64,000 nucleotides of DNA from a virus, in the IMG/VR virus record IMGVR_UViG_3300007352_000013, positions 65,436 through 129,435 of that record, one strand, 5' to 3'. The notes below the pieces were generated by a model. That model was not told where the DNA came from and did no database searches. It worked only from the letters and a program-made list of their open reading frames with translations. Shown piece after piece: positions 39,188-49,922 of the stretch (position 1 is its first letter; each line of letters starts with the position of its first letter). Made by a program: the position numbers and the translations under genes.

Positions 39188-39219
39188 TATAATATATTTC
39201 TATACCAAAGGAAAATAAA

Positions 39220-39573
39220 ATGAATAATAAAAACATACAAAATGGCAATATCAATCTTATAATTGGACCAACTAGAGAAAGTGAAGCTAGACGCCTAAGA
39301 TCGGAGGGGTGTTCTTTAAGTGAAATAAGTAGAGCATTAGATATTCCAGTAACGTCATTAAGAAGAATAACTAGCGATATTAAATTAACAGAAGAACAAA
39401 AAATTAAATTATTGACTAAAAAAAGAAAAAGATCAAGAAAAGTTATAAGATTAAATTATAATGATGGTAATATTATAATAGATGGAAAAATAAATTTAAA
39501 AGTATCTAAAAGAAAAAGATTTCATCACAATCTAGAAGAATTAATTATTAGGTATATATTAGAACAATTATAA
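39220..39573 (+). CDS. HTH DNA-binding protein
   Basis: ARRLRSEGCSLSEISRALDIPVTSLRRI; lone + gene within the tail module. Confidence 0.65.
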   Translation: MNNKNIQNGNINLIIGPTRESEARRLRSEGCSLSEISRALDIPVTSLRRITSDIKLTEEQKIKLLTKKRKRSRKVIRLNYNDGNIIIDGKINLKVSKRKRFHHNLEELIIRYILEQL

Positions 39574-40191
39574 AAATTCTGTTTCAAAATATAAACCAAA
39601 CTGTTTATCACCAAATTCTTCTGGTGTAACACTTATTGCTACGTACCAATCGTGTCTAGTATCTAGTGTCAAACTGCCATTTGGTCTTAAACCACTCGTT
39701 CCCGGAGAACTTATAAGGTTTAAAAATGTTGATCCATGCGTATCTATCCACGTAGAATCGCCCAGCCCAACATCATCCTGAACTTCACTGGGATGTCTTA
39801 TTTCTGCGCAATAACACGTTAGTCCAGAGGGATCATTATTTATATTAGGTGTTGTTCCACTTATAGATCCATCATATATGTATACTTTTGCAGATAATGT
39901 TCTTACAGAAGATGGGTGTTCAAATCGTATATTTAACGAAGCTAGCGTATTCGGCAAATCAGTTAATTTTATACCAGATCCAGTTTGTCCGTGGATTAAA
40001 CCCGAACTTGATATTCTTTTAATATTATTACACTCAAAACCCTCTTCTGTTCCAACAGAATTTGTCACAAATGTTCTTCCATTAAATTGTCCTATTAGTA
40101 CCGGAGAACCAAATCCATCATCTCCATAAAATCCTATTCCAGAACCATCTGGTAGTAATTGATTTTCTCCTAAATATATAGAAACAGACAT
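39568..40191 (-). CDS. Virion/tail-associated protein, paralog B
   Basis: GIGFYG, LNIRF, PSGLTC and DTRHDWY motifs shared with 38467. Confidence 0.65.
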   Translation of the reverse strand: MSVSIYLGENQLLPDGSGIGFYGDDGFGSPVLIGQFNGRTFVTNSVGTEEGFECNNIKRISSSGLIHGQTGSGIKLTDLPNTLASLNIRFEHPSSVRTLSAKVYIYDGSISGTTPNINNDPSGLTCYCAEIRHPSEVQDDVGLGDSTWIDTHGSTFLNLISSPGTSGLRPNGSLTLDTRHDWYVAISVTPEEFGDKQFGLYFETEFL

Positions 40192-40215
40192 AAAACCTCC
40201 TTATTAATTATACAC

Positions 40216-41805
40216 CTATAGCTGTATAAAGCTTGTTAATAAATTTACATTACCACCATTAATATTCAAATTAAGCGTTAATTGTTCATAGCCATTAAAA
40301 AATGGTTGTCCTATATCTATTAATACTTTAGATTTAACTATTATTCTAGACCTTATAGTATGTAATCCATTACCAATTATATGTGTTTTAGTGAAACTAA
40401 AATCTGTTGAAGTTGGTAAAATATCAAATACCGAGCTTGCTTCTGGCGGTACTCCATCCTGTAAAGTTTTTGATATATAAAAATTATCTTGATTCTCTAT
40501 ACTTTGAACAATATTGTCATCCAAGTCATACCACTTTCTATCCCAACCAAATTTATTAGTTAAAGAATTTATAAAAGATACTTGTCTAGAAACATTTCTA
40601 TGATTTAATGGAGAATTTATATCATCTATTGTAGTTATATTGCCATCTACAGATATTTCTATATTATCTTTTTGAAAAGTATTTAAAACTATATCACATA
40701 TCAAATAAGAAACATATACTATACCACCGGCAGAATCCCAAGATGGTCTTGGCGACGATGATGTATCTATTGTATAATAATATTTTAATCCATTAATTTG
40801 GACAGGTAATACGTTTATAACAGAATTCAATTCTGTCAAAGATCTGTATTCGTATTGAATATCATTTGCTTTATGGAAAAGGGTAGATCCAGTCATTAAT
40901 TTTAACGAATCAGAAACAGACATTGATTTGCATTTATTTAAATATTCATACTCTCCAAAAAATCCAGCATCTTCAACAAAAATTGTACTATTATCCCCTT
41001 GCGGAAAATTTGAGTTATCATTAATTGGATTAGGTAAACTACTTATCAAAGTATTTTCAGTACCCCAAGGTCCATCACTAGTTAATTCTATAACAACTTG
41101 TGATTCTAAATTAAATGCTTGATTAGCAAGACTAGAATAAAATCCTTGATATATTTCTGCTAATCCATAATATGATTCTAATGAAACATTTCTAAATAAT
41201 GTCTCAAGATCTATATTTGTTGACGTTGGTGTGTGTTTCGTTCCTCCAAAAACAAAAGGCTCTCCAGTTCTTGGATTCAATACTAATTCACCATCTTCAA
41301 CAAACGCATTTAAATAATCGCTTGGAATTTCAGTATATATTGGATATAAGTTGGACAAATTTATAGTTATATTGCTGATAGTTCCATCAAAAGTTCCGTC
41401 TACGAATTTTAATAATGGTAAATTTATTGTTACTCCCGGTGTTATAGAGAATGATTCCAAAGCGTCTCTAGAAGCTTTTATTATACTAAGACCATAGGAC
41501 ATTCTTCCATATGTATCTAAAATGCCCAGTATATGACCGGGATTTCTATAATTTATTCCCGGATTTCCAATTCCAAAACCAGAATCATATGGATCATCAC
41601 CAGAAGCAGCCATCGTATAAGGCGTAGCCACTGGATTTTGATATAATGATGTATCAAACGAAAATCCCGGTATAACAAATGTACTAGGATTAGGATATAG
41701 TGGGCCTTGATATCCTCCGCAAAAAATTCCAGCATCAGGTGTAAACGGAGTATATCCATGAACCATTGTGAGCATAGATGGGACATTTTTTATATTACTT
41801 GCCAT
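40216..41805 (-). CDS. Tail/baseplate-associated protein
   Basis: Acidic, beta-rich; lies in the post-tape-measure cluster. Confidence 0.55.
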   Translation of the reverse strand: MASNIKNVPSMLTMVHGYTPFTPDAGIFCGGYQGPLYPNPSTFVIPGFSFDTSLYQNPVATPYTMAASGDDPYDSGFGIGNPGINYRNPGHILGILDTYGRMSYGLSIIKASRDALESFSITPGVTINLPLLKFVDGTFDGTISNITINLSNLYPIYTEIPSDYLNAFVEDGELVLNPRTGEPFVFGGTKHTPTSTNIDLETLFRNVSLESYYGLAEIYQGFYSSLANQAFNLESQVVIELTSDGPWGTENTLISSLPNPINDNSNFPQGDNSTIFVEDAGFFGEYEYLNKCKSMSVSDSLKLMTGSTLFHKANDIQYEYRSLTELNSVINVLPVQINGLKYYYTIDTSSSPRPSWDSAGGIVYVSYLICDIVLNTFQKDNIEISVDGNITTIDDINSPLNHRNVSRQVSFINSLTNKFGWDRKWYDLDDNIVQSIENQDNFYISKTLQDGVPPEASSVFDILPTSTDFSFTKTHIIGNGLHTIRSRIIVKSKVLIDIGQPFFNGYEQLTLNLNINGGNVNLLTSFIQL

Positions 41806-41812
41806 GTTTATA

Positions 41813-44542
41813 TTATCCAGTTATAGGAGGAGCAAATACTTGTGGAGTCTGTTCTATATATGGAACTTGTGGCCTATGTTCTCCTTCAGAAAATATACTA
41901 ACAGTAACTCTTGTTCCAGGCAATAAATATCCAAAACTATCCTCTGGTTCCGCAAGATTTCTAACATTGTGCCATTCTGATAAAAAGTAACTTTCTGTTA
42001 TATTTAATCCACCAGCAAATGTTTGCGGATCAATATCTGCATAATTTAATCTTCTAACAAAATAAAATGGACCAGTAGAACTTTCTTTTCCAACGATAAC
42101 ACCAAGTCCGCCTTCTGGTTTTTTATATATATATGATTTTTCCGCATCGCTAAGTCCAACCTGTTCTAAATCGTGAGGAAGTTCATATTCATCTATAACC
42201 GGATCTATTTGTGCTGCCGCGTCAGATTCACCACTCTCCAAAACTGGATCATCTGGCATAGTACCTATTTCATCTCTTGGTTTTTCTACTATTGGTTCTG
42301 ATTTTATATAATAAATAGTTTTTATACCTTCTACAGAAAATGAAACAGATATTCTACTTATTTTAGCACCATCTGGAAAAATTGTTCCATCAAAAGCTTC
42401 TTTTCTAGGAAGCCCAGCGACTTCAAGTGTTCCAAAAGATTGAGATACTGGTGCTAAAGATGATAAGGAATTTATATTCTTAGAAATATAATCTTTCATT
42501 TGTTCTATTGATTCAGACCTGCTGAATGTTCCATTATTACTAAATCTTTCCGGAACTAAACGATCATCGACTATATTAACTATTTTATATTTTGGATCAT
42601 TCAATGCATTTATAAATACATTACTTTGTTCATCTATTATTTCACCATCTAAAACTATAAATGGACCATATCTTTCTTGTGTATTAATAGATGAAAAGAA
42701 AAAATTATCAAGTGTATCAGCCATACTCAAAACAGTAACAGATCCGCTTTCTCCATCTCCGGTTACTATTGTTTTAGAAACCATCATGGCTTGTCCCGGT
42801 ATGGTTATTATAAAATATCCTTTGTATTTTTTAACACTAACTTTTATAAAATGTCTACTATCCGATTCTATATGATTAATTGATGATACTATTTTTGATG
42901 ACCAACCATAAGATGTCAACCCAATATTCCTAGGAAGATCTGGTAATTCTATATATGAAGGCCATCTACCATCTGTATTTCTAAAATTTTCTTGAGCATT
43001 TGCATCATTTACTAATGGATGTGCTCCGGATGGAAAAGCATAAAATACAACTTCTGTTCCGGACGGCACTGGTCTTTCTATTAAAGCTTGATCCAAATTT
43101 GATGTTTCTAAAGATATTTGAGTACCTATTTCTAATTGAATTTCATCAATAGAAGGATAATTTTGTCCACCGATACCATTCAATGCTTCGTCTATCAAAT
43201 CTAATAATGTATCGCCAGCAAGTGGATCTGAAATTTGATTTAGACTAGCACCAGCATCTTCAATAATTCTATTTTCTTCACTATCAGTTAGTTCTGTATG
43301 TATAATAAAATAATCAGAAACAAAATTTCTAAATAATGTTCCTGGGTCTCTGTACGGATCGCCCAATTGTCTTTCCGGTAATGAATTAAAATATATCAAT
43401 AAAGCTTCGCAAAAGTCCGTCATTGCCTGTTGTTCATTGGCAATATCTTGCAATTGTTCTTGTGTATATTCTGCAATTTCTGTATAAGTATCTGCATTTA
43501 CTATATATTGTCTACCCCATAAATTCATAAATTTACGAAGTTCTATATCCTCGTCTACAATATTTTCATCGTTTAATATTTGCACCATTTTAGAAAATTT
43601 CTCTGGTGTTCCTAATAAAGATCCGTCAGAATCGAATCCCCAAAATTGTCTTATGTCACTAGATGTAAAATTAAGAAGATTAGATGTATAACCACCTTTA
43701 ACTACGTGTATAATTTTTTGTGTAAGAAAATCTGTTTTTGGTATTCCATCTCCATGTTGCTGAACGAAATTTTCTGTTATCGTATAACCCTTTCTATAAC
43801 TTATTATTTTATCGTTATCGGCATCAGCAATGGCATCCAATATATTATCAAAAGCACTAGATAAACTACTTGATTCTTCAATTAATCCAGTTTTAACAAA
43901 TGAAATACCTATATTACCATTCAATAAAGAAAAATCTAATGAATAATCGAAATTATTTGACCTAGTGAAGTCTTCTATTGCATCTAATAATGTAGTTTCA
44001 CCAGAACGAACCTCTACGAATCTTTCCTCATTTATATCTGGATCTAATCCATCGAAGTTAAAAAATATGGTATTTTCCGCCATTTGAAAAATTTGATCGT
44101 CAAATAATCTAAAAATACTTTGAATAGATGGACCAAATGTTTTGCCATTTATTATTTGTGTTGGAACTAATATGTTATTATTTATTAATTGTGGTGAATC
44201 TACATATGAAGCTTCTACTATTTTAAACGAGTTCAAAAATATACTACCATTCGAAGTTAATACAACTGTGAATATAGAATTACCATTTATATCAATAAGC
44301 GTTTCTTCCCAAGAAACTACTGAGGCTATTATATTCAATTCACCAAAATGTAAATTGGTTAGTGGAGCAACGCCATTAGTAAAATCAAGATTTCTTAATT
44401 CAAAAATTTGGCCAGAATCTTGAATTAACGTTAATGTATATTTTACTTCCTTGTCGTCTAAATCCAAACTTAAACTTTTTATAGTTAATCCGAAAACGGT
44501 TCTTTGACCAGACGGAACAATATCACTTAATGCAGTAGCCAT
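41813..44542 (-). CDS. Baseplate hub/central tail protein
   Basis: 909 aa, acidic; typical position third after the distal-tail-like gene. Confidence 0.5.
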   Translation of the reverse strand: MATALSDIVPSGQRTVFGLTIKSLSLDLDDKEVKYTLTLIQDSGQIFELRNLDFTNGVAPLTNLHFGELNIIASVVSWEETLIDINGNSIFTVVLTSNGSIFLNSFKIVEASYVDSPQLINNNILVPTQIINGKTFGPSIQSIFRLFDDQIFQMAENTIFFNFDGLDPDINEERFVEVRSGETTLLDAIEDFTRSNNFDYSLDFSLLNGNIGISFVKTGLIEESSSLSSAFDNILDAIADADNDKIISYRKGYTITENFVQQHGDGIPKTDFLTQKIIHVVKGGYTSNLLNFTSSDIRQFWGFDSDGSLLGTPEKFSKMVQILNDENIVDEDIELRKFMNLWGRQYIVNADTYTEIAEYTQEQLQDIANEQQAMTDFCEALLIYFNSLPERQLGDPYRDPGTLFRNFVSDYFIIHTELTDSEENRIIEDAGASLNQISDPLAGDTLLDLIDEALNGIGGQNYPSIDEIQLEIGTQISLETSNLDQALIERPVPSGTEVVFYAFPSGAHPLVNDANAQENFRNTDGRWPSYIELPDLPRNIGLTSYGWSSKIVSSINHIESDSRHFIKVSVKKYKGYFIITIPGQAMMVSKTIVTGDGESGSVTVLSMADTLDNFFFSSINTQERYGPFIVLDGEIIDEQSNVFINALNDPKYKIVNIVDDRLVPERFSNNGTFSRSESIEQMKDYISKNINSLSSLAPVSQSFGTLEVAGLPRKEAFDGTIFPDGAKISRISVSFSVEGIKTIYYIKSEPIVEKPRDEIGTMPDDPVLESGESDAAAQIDPVIDEYELPHDLEQVGLSDAEKSYIYKKPEGGLGVIVGKESSTGPFYFVRRLNYADIDPQTFAGGLNITESYFLSEWHNVRNLAEPEDSFGYLLPGTRVTVSIFSEGEHRPQVPYIEQTPQVFAPPITG

Positions 44543-44550
44543 ACCATCTC

Positions 44551-46275
44551 CTAATCAATAATATACGATCTAGTTCTAGTATATTTTTTATTTGTTGGAG
44601 AATAATTTTCTTTATCATCCTGTAATATCCAAGTAGACAGAAAGCCTATGGCATTTTCTATTATTGATACAACCGTAGTATTATCCGGCTTAATATCATT
44701 GTTTACACTTGTCAATGTGGCTGTCACTATTTGTTGGGTTGTAGTTTCCATATCCTGAATAATTGGACCACCAATTCTTCCCGGAATAGGTATTATTGCA
44801 ATTATTTGATGTGGATATTGTATATCTATTGATATTTCAAATTTATCAAAACCATCAGTTATATTCTTCCATGAATAACTAAATCTAACGCTTCCTTGAA
44901 TTTCATTAACAGATATAGATTTAGATGAAAATTCATCTGATATTTGAATCCCAGATGGAAGTCCGCTTCCAACCAATTCTATAGCTTTCAATCTAGCATC
45001 AGATTCACTCAATATTGCCGATCTAGCATTTGTTAATTTTTCAGCACTAGTTTCACCGTTACCCCTTATATCGCATGACAAAGAAAGATTGTATAGACCG
45101 TTTGATGTATCAAGGGATAGATTTGCTTCACAAGTTCTTGTGAACAATTCTTGGCCGAACTCGTCGGTTGTCCAGTTAAAAGAGAAATTAATTGTTGCAT
45201 CGGTATTATTTATTGATACATTCTTTTGAGATGGAGTTGATCCTAATATGAAATCTTCTAATAAAGAACCCAATATAGTTTCTGTTTCTAGTTTTGCCTG
45301 AGAGTTTGTTGGAACAGCATTCTTGGCATTAGTAATGGCTAATATTCCACCGGTACTTTCTCCATCTGATAGTCCGGTTATTTTACCCTGATAACTTACA
45401 TCTATTGTACCGGCAGTATTCTTATTTATAGAAAATGATTTTTCTATAAAATAATTACTTGGTGATAATATCCATCTTTCTGTTATAGAATAATCACCAT
45501 TATAATTTGTTAAATTAGTATTTTTAACATAAGAACCACCTATTAATCCGCTTACACCTATAACGGAAAACATAACGTCTGGATTAACAGCACCAACCAC
45601 TCTATTGTCGCACCATCTTTTTGCATGTTTCCAAGATTCGCCGCCAGAAGTTTCTCCTACGCCCGAAAATGGAATTCCAGTTTCATCATATCCTAATATA
45701 CCTTGTGCAGACACGGTATGAGAAACATCATATACGACACCGCTTTGACCCAATTTTTCTTCGAAACTCCATTGTTCTTGTCCAGACCTTATAAGTTCAA
45801 CCTCAAGATCATCTTCTACGTCTTGCGATAATCCGGCTATAAAAATCCAATCTGCCTCTAATGTTATTGTATATTCTTTTCTGTCTACCCATTGACCTTC
45901 TGTAAAATTTACAGAAACAATTCTTGGGTTACATCTTATAATGGCAGGAGAACCACCGGCATATATTTCTAGCAATTTTCCGTTCGTGCTAAAAAGATTG
46001 CGAATAGCCTCTTCTTTTTTAATAAGATGCGAAAATGCAGTATCATTATCGCCAAAAGTTTCATCTGGCGGTTCACCAGATAGTATCCAAAAAGCATCTT
46101 CTGGTGATACGAATGTTCCACTAGGAGAACCCCTAAAAGGTAGAAGGGTACCGGTTAATGTTAAATTATAAACAACACCAACTTTTGTTCCATCTCCGGT
46201 ATTAGTATAATTCTTGTTAATGGAGACAAGAGGTGCTGGAATTATAGCTTTTGAATCATATATTACTCTAGCCAT
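44551..46275 (-). CDS. Distal tail/baseplate structural protein
   Basis: IIPAPLVSI N-terminus and repeated beta-rich modules; structural context. Confidence 0.5.
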   Translation of the reverse strand: MARVIYDSKAIIPAPLVSINKNYTNTGDGTKVGVVYNLTLTGTLLPFRGSPSGTFVSPEDAFWILSGEPPDETFGDNDTAFSHLIKKEEAIRNLFSTNGKLLEIYAGGSPAIIRCNPRIVSVNFTEGQWVDRKEYTITLEADWIFIAGLSQDVEDDLEVELIRSGQEQWSFEEKLGQSGVVYDVSHTVSAQGILGYDETGIPFSGVGETSGGESWKHAKRWCDNRVVGAVNPDVMFSVIGVSGLIGGSYVKNTNLTNYNGDYSITERWILSPSNYFIEKSFSINKNTAGTIDVSYQGKITGLSDGESTGGILAITNAKNAVPTNSQAKLETETILGSLLEDFILGSTPSQKNVSINNTDATINFSFNWTTDEFGQELFTRTCEANLSLDTSNGLYNLSLSCDIRGNGETSAEKLTNARSAILSESDARLKAIELVGSGLPSGIQISDEFSSKSISVNEIQGSVRFSYSWKNITDGFDKFEISIDIQYPHQIIAIIPIPGRIGGPIIQDMETTTQQIVTATLTSVNNDIKPDNTTVVSIIENAIGFLSTWILQDDKENYSPTNKKYTRTRSYIID

Positions 46276-46287
46276 ACGTACCTCTTA

Positions 46288-48675
46288 TTAAAACCCTCTA
46301 ATAAATAAATTAAAATCAACTTCACTGAAACCTATGCCATCAGTAAATAAATTTATACTGTTATTTATTATATCTATAATTCCATATAATATTAGATTCA
46401 AACTATCATTAATTACGAAAATTCCTTCTACAAACAAATTGCAATCACTAATTATAGAAGCAAAATTACCATTTATAAAAAGATCTATATTATTGGTAGA
46501 ACCATCCGGAACTCTTAAGAATAAAGTCCAATAATCATTTATAGGAACTGCATCAATTTGTCCTGGAAAATCAGGAATTCTTTCTATAAATAAATTTATA
46601 GAATCATTAATAGACGGATCAATAGTGGTTATATATAAATCTATATCATTATTTTTTATAGTATTAGAATTTAAAAATAATGTCCAGTATCCATTATTGG
46701 AAATATTTCCTTGTTCGGTTTTCAAAAATAATGAATAATAATTATTATCAAATGGTGGATAATCACTATCTAATATAGAACTTTTAATGAATAAATCTAA
46801 GTCATTACCAGTATATGATAGATTTATACCACTAGGAGAACCGTATATAAATAATATTCTACTTGTGGCTAAATCATTATCTTCACCATTTAAAAATAAA
46901 TTCCAATAATCAAAATCGCCTTGTCCAGATATAAATAGATCAATAGATCCGCTTGTAGATCCAGAAGAATCTTCTATTCCAAATACAAGCCATTTCTTAC
47001 CAGTTGGTTCGACGGATGTAAAATTCAAAATCCATCCATCCGATGTCATACTATCAAAAACAGCTTCGAATGATGGCAAACCACTATGATTAGGAAAATT
47101 TATCGCCTGATTATCGAATAATATTCTATTATCGGTTATCGTCGATGATCTTTCAGATATACTATGACAGTATTCTTTATTATTAGTAAAAACAGATAAA
47201 CCATAGGCACCAGCTTCATCAAAATCTTCCAATATATTTATACCAGAAACTTGTGTTAATAACTGCATCACAAATAATGGTTTAAACAAAGGATTATTAA
47301 AAGAATTAATTCCAGATATCGTAGGAGAATCTATTATGCCTACATAATGTTTTCTATTATCAGCATATTTAAATGCTAAATAACTTACTGATGTTGAACC
47401 ATTACTTATAACAGTATTTGCTACAAATCCAGAAGGAGTAAATCCAGATACAGACACAGAATTAACTATGCTGCTTAATGTTATTCTACTTGCGATTAAT
47501 CCACTATATATTACAAGGGATGGACTTCCTATAGATGCATTATCAGAATTCCTATAAGTAACCAACCCCTGCGATAATGTATTGCCATTATCTGCAAATC
47601 CTATACAAAACGTTCCCAAATCTTGAACGGTATCGTCTAATGCAAAACTAAATCCATTAGATAATGTTACCAATTGATCTGGTTCAAATCCAGTGTTTAC
47701 ATCAACAGATTGTCCTACAGTTCCCGATGATGTAAATGTACCAAGAATTGCCTGAAAAGATTCGCCCCCAAAAAATATTGCTGTAATAAGATAATTTTCT
47801 GGCGGTGCCATATCCCAATTTATTCTAATACCATCTGTTATTAAAGAATCAAATGTTGCAGATGCTATAACCGTACTCGTACTTCTATCCGGTAAATATA
47901 TTAAATGATTTCCTCCTATAGAATGCGTATTTGTATTAGCAACATTTTCTTCAGATGAAAAACCAATTGATCTAGAAGATAGGCCGTCAGTTATACCTAT
48001 ACCATAATTTATTCCACTAATATCAACGCCATTAACCGTTGCATTTCCAATAATTAATATGGCAGCTTTAACATCACCAAAATCTGGTATTGTTATATCT
48101 TGCATTCCGGATGAAGCAGATTGAACTTGCGTAATATCAACTTTTACATTACTAGAAATTGGCATCGGTGCGCTAGTAAATAAATCTATATCTGAAGATA
48201 TATTAAGTGGGCCAGACACAAAAAGATCTATCGAATTTGATATTGGACTGAAACCATTAATAAATAAATCTTTATTGTCATTTATAGTCTGTAAATTAAA
48301 TATAAAAAGATCTATGCTATTTACTATCGTATCATTACCATTTATAAATAGATTTGAGTTATTAGCAAAAACGTTTATAGTTGTTATAAATAGTGTTATA
48401 TCATCGGATATTAATTCTTTTCCAGAAATAAATAAATCTGTGTCATTTACTACGATATCATAACCATTTGTAAATAGATTTACATTATCTGTTAAAATCT
48501 CTCTACCACGAATAAATAAATCTAAATTTCCAGTTATAGACGGAAATGAAGCGCCACTAATTGCTAAATTTATAGATCCACTAAAAGTATTAAATTCTAG
48601 AAATAGTCTATTACTACCATCTTCTAACAGATATCCGTCTACTGAACTATTACCTAATAAATATTTGCCTATCAT
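46288..48675 (-). CDS. Tail fibre/adhesin-like protein with IDLFIxG repeats flanking a central domain
   Basis: About ten ~15-aa repeats on each side of a ~390-aa globular domain; YLLEDGS N-terminus. Confidence 0.55.
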   Translation of the reverse strand: MIGKYLLGNSSVDGYLLEDGSNRLFLEFNTFSGSINLAISGASFPSITGNLDLFIRGREILTDNVNLFTNGYDIVVNDTDLFISGKELISDDITLFITTINVFANNSNLFINGNDTIVNSIDLFIFNLQTINDNKDLFINGFSPISNSIDLFVSGPLNISSDIDLFTSAPMPISSNVKVDITQVQSASSGMQDITIPDFGDVKAAILIIGNATVNGVDISGINYGIGITDGLSSRSIGFSSEENVANTNTHSIGGNHLIYLPDRSTSTVIASATFDSLITDGIRINWDMAPPENYLITAIFFGGESFQAILGTFTSSGTVGQSVDVNTGFEPDQLVTLSNGFSFALDDTVQDLGTFCIGFADNGNTLSQGLVTYRNSDNASIGSPSLVIYSGLIASRITLSSIVNSVSVSGFTPSGFVANTVISNGSTSVSYLAFKYADNRKHYVGIIDSPTISGINSFNNPLFKPLFVMQLLTQVSGINILEDFDEAGAYGLSVFTNNKEYCHSISERSSTITDNRILFDNQAINFPNHSGLPSFEAVFDSMTSDGWILNFTSVEPTGKKWLVFGIEDSSGSTSGSIDLFISGQGDFDYWNLFLNGEDNDLATSRILFIYGSPSGINLSYTGNDLDLFIKSSILDSDYPPFDNNYYSLFLKTEQGNISNNGYWTLFLNSNTIKNNDIDLYITTIDPSINDSINLFIERIPDFPGQIDAVPINDYWTLFLRVPDGSTNNIDLFINGNFASIISDCNLFVEGIFVINDSLNLILYGIIDIINNSINLFTDGIGFSEVDFNLFIRGF

Positions 48676-49295
48676 TAACCAACCTTTTTAACAATTAGGC
48701 ATGTACCAGATTTTATTGTAATATTACCATTTGCAGCACTTTCTGCGCCAACAAATAATTGCAAAGTTCCTAAATCCGTTATGATTGCTGTTCCACTTAT
48801 TCTATATAATAAATCAGAATTTATAGTATCAACACTAGCTTGTGGACCTAAAGTGGTATTTTTTGTTCTTGTGGTATTAACACAATATATGGCACCGGCA
48901 GCCCCACTTCTTTCTTGGTCTGACGATGAATTAGCCTGAGTATTTAAACTTCCCGGATGAAACATATTATAAATGAACATAGTTGTAGTACCAGTATGAT
49001 TTACGGCAAGTTTTATACTTTGTGTTGTATTGGCAAACTGAGCACGGACATAATATTCAAATGTATACATTCCGGATGGAATTATTACATCCATTCCGGA
49101 TACTCTTACCATAGACGTACTTGAAGTTGGTGATTCATCGTTTGATAATGAAACTAATATACCACTAGTATTTGTAAATATTGATATTTGTGAAAGAGTT
49201 ATCTTTTCCGATATTCCGGATGATTCTATAGCAAATTCATCTAAAGAAATACCAGAAGGTACTAAATCCAAAGAACTAATTGTTGGACCAGCCAT
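48675..49295 (-). CDS. Ser/Thr-rich tail protein, tandem paralog 2
   Basis: Shares RVSGMDV, EYYxRAQFA and VNHTGTTT with 49297. Confidence 0.6.
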   Translation of the reverse strand: MAGPTISSLDLVPSGISLDEFAIESSGISEKITLSQISIFTNTSGILVSLSNDESPTSSTSMVRVSGMDVIIPSGMYTFEYYVRAQFANTTQSIKLAVNHTGTTTMFIYNMFHPGSLNTQANSSSDQERSGAAGAIYCVNTTRTKNTTLGPQASVDTINSDLLYRISGTAIITDLGTLQLFVGAESAANGNITIKSGTCLIVKKVG

Positions 49296-49296
49296 A

Positions 49297-49914
49297 TTAT
49301 CCCACCTTAGTAAGAATTAAACACGTTCCTTGTTTTATCGTTATTAGATTTCCGGCAACTTCAGACGCCTGATACAATTCTAGCGTGCCAGCTACTGTAA
49401 CAACAGCCAATCCCGTTATTCTAAACATTATATCTGCATTAATACTATCTACACTTACTTCTGGTCCAAGTAATGTATTGACTGTTCTTGTTGCTTGAAA
49501 TGCCCATATTTGACCAGTAGTAGTATTTGCTTCTTGATCTATAGCACCAGTAGATGCAGTTACACCAGCATCCGGAAAAAATAAATTATACATAAAACTA
49601 GTTGTAGTTCCTGTATGATTTACGGCAAATTTAGGACTATTGCTCGCTTCTGCAAATTGTGCTCTTATATAATATTCAAAAACATATATGCCAGATCCAA
49701 CAGTTACATCCATGCCAGATACTCTTACAGGAGTTGTTAGTCCATTTGCAACAGCATCATTTGAAAGTGAAATATGAACACCACTTATATTGGTAAATTG
49801 GGATATCTGATCTAATGTAATTTTTTTGGATGTACCACCATCGTTTATAGCAAATTCTTGCGATCCAATACCAGAGGCCGTTAAAGTTAAATTACTTATT
49901 TTTGTATCTGCCAT
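49297..49914 (-). CDS. Ser/Thr-rich tail protein, tandem paralog 1
   Basis: MADTKISNL N-terminus; clear paralog of 48675. Confidence 0.6.
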   Translation of the reverse strand: MADTKISNLTLTASGIGSQEFAINDGGTSKKITLDQISQFTNISGVHISLSNDAVANGLTTPVRVSGMDVTVGSGIYVFEYYIRAQFAEASNSPKFAVNHTGTTTSFMYNLFFPDAGVTASTGAIDQEANTTTGQIWAFQATRTVNTLLGPEVSVDSINADIMFRITGLAVVTVAGTLELYQASEVAGNLITIKQGTCLILTKVG

Positions 49915-49922
49915 ATATCACC

